The notes beneath the pieces were generated by a model that saw only the letters and a program-made list of their open reading frames with translations, was not told the DNA's origin and ran no database searches. The position numbers and the translations under genes were made by a program. From Balanoglossus misakiensis (Eukaryota > Animalia > Hemichordata), in assembly GCA_040954595.2 (NCBI GenBank), contig CM082586.2:3142249-3206248 (forward strand): a stretch of DNA of 64,000 bases, read 5' to 3'. Positions 63,601 through 64,000 of this stretch are shown piece by piece (the stretch's first letter is position 1; every line of letters starts with the position of its first letter).

Positions 63601-64000
63601 GGGAATTTTCGAAATTTGGTGATTTTTGATAAAAACCATGGGTTATAGCTCAGGAAAATCGCGAAAAATCGACCATTTTCGACTTTGGGAATTTTCGAAA
63701 TTTGGTGATTTTTTCATAAAAATCGAAATCGACCATTTTCGACTTTGGGAATTTTCGAAATTTGGTGATTTTTTCATAAAAACCATGGGTTATAGCTCAG
63801 GAAAATCGCGAAAAATCGACCATTTTCGACTTTGGGAATTTTCGAAATTTGGTGATTTTTTGATAAAAACCATGGGTTATAGCTCAGGAAAATCGCGAAA
63901 AATCGACCATTTTCGACTTTGGGAATTTTCGAAATTGGTGATTTTTTGATAAAAACCATGGGTTATAGCTCAGGAAAATCGCGAAAAATCGACCATTTTT
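51625..64000 (+). repeat. 87/88-bp satellite array, right arm (about 142 monomers, runs off the window)
   Basis: Monomer AAAAACCATGGGTTATAGCTCAGGAAAATCGCGAAAAATCGACCATTTT(T)CGACTTTGGGAATTTTCGAAATTTGGTGATTTTTT(G/C)AT, near-identical copies. Confidence 0.98.

Noticed and set aside
49534-63959. Dozens of repetitive ORFs (IKTMGYSSGKSRKIDHFRLWEFSKFGDF)n
   Set aside because: 87 bp is 29 codons with one open frame; 88-bp variants break the frame at random, so these are satellite artefacts.
49362-64000. CRISPR array or CENP-B box interpretation
   Set aside because: No unique spacers and no cas genes in a eukaryotic context; none of the TTCG words is followed by the A..CGGG positions of a CENP-B box.

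Overview
Eukaryotic (invertebrate bilaterian-type) genomic DNA with GT-AG introns. Three spliced genes can be assembled by hand with consistent intron phases: EFHC1/Rib72 (+, 69-3707, 8 exons, 645 aa); FBXO10 (-, 10886-5876, 10 coding exons, 974 aa, ending in a CaaX box CAIL); and a p160/SRC/Taiman-type nuclear receptor coactivator, NCOA (+, bHLH exon at 35648 to stop at 47472, probable first coding exon 14838-14845, about 1977 aa). FBXO10 and NCOA are head-to-head across a probable bidirectional promoter near 14.2-14.7 kb; EFHC1 and FBXO10 are tail-to-tail. Introns hold several MITE families (piggyBac-, Kolobok- and Tc1/mariner-like) and microsatellites. From about 49362 to the window end lies a very homogeneous 87/88-bp satellite array that flips strand at about 51618-51636, exactly at the monomer's internal dyad. 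I see no convincing wholly new multi-gene system. The best leads are the satellite inversion and higher-order structure, a dense uORF cluster ahead of the NCOA start, a 348-bp fold-back element in an NCOA intron, and clustered nuclear-receptor response elements around NCOA. Homology calls rest on recalled family sequences, not on database searches.
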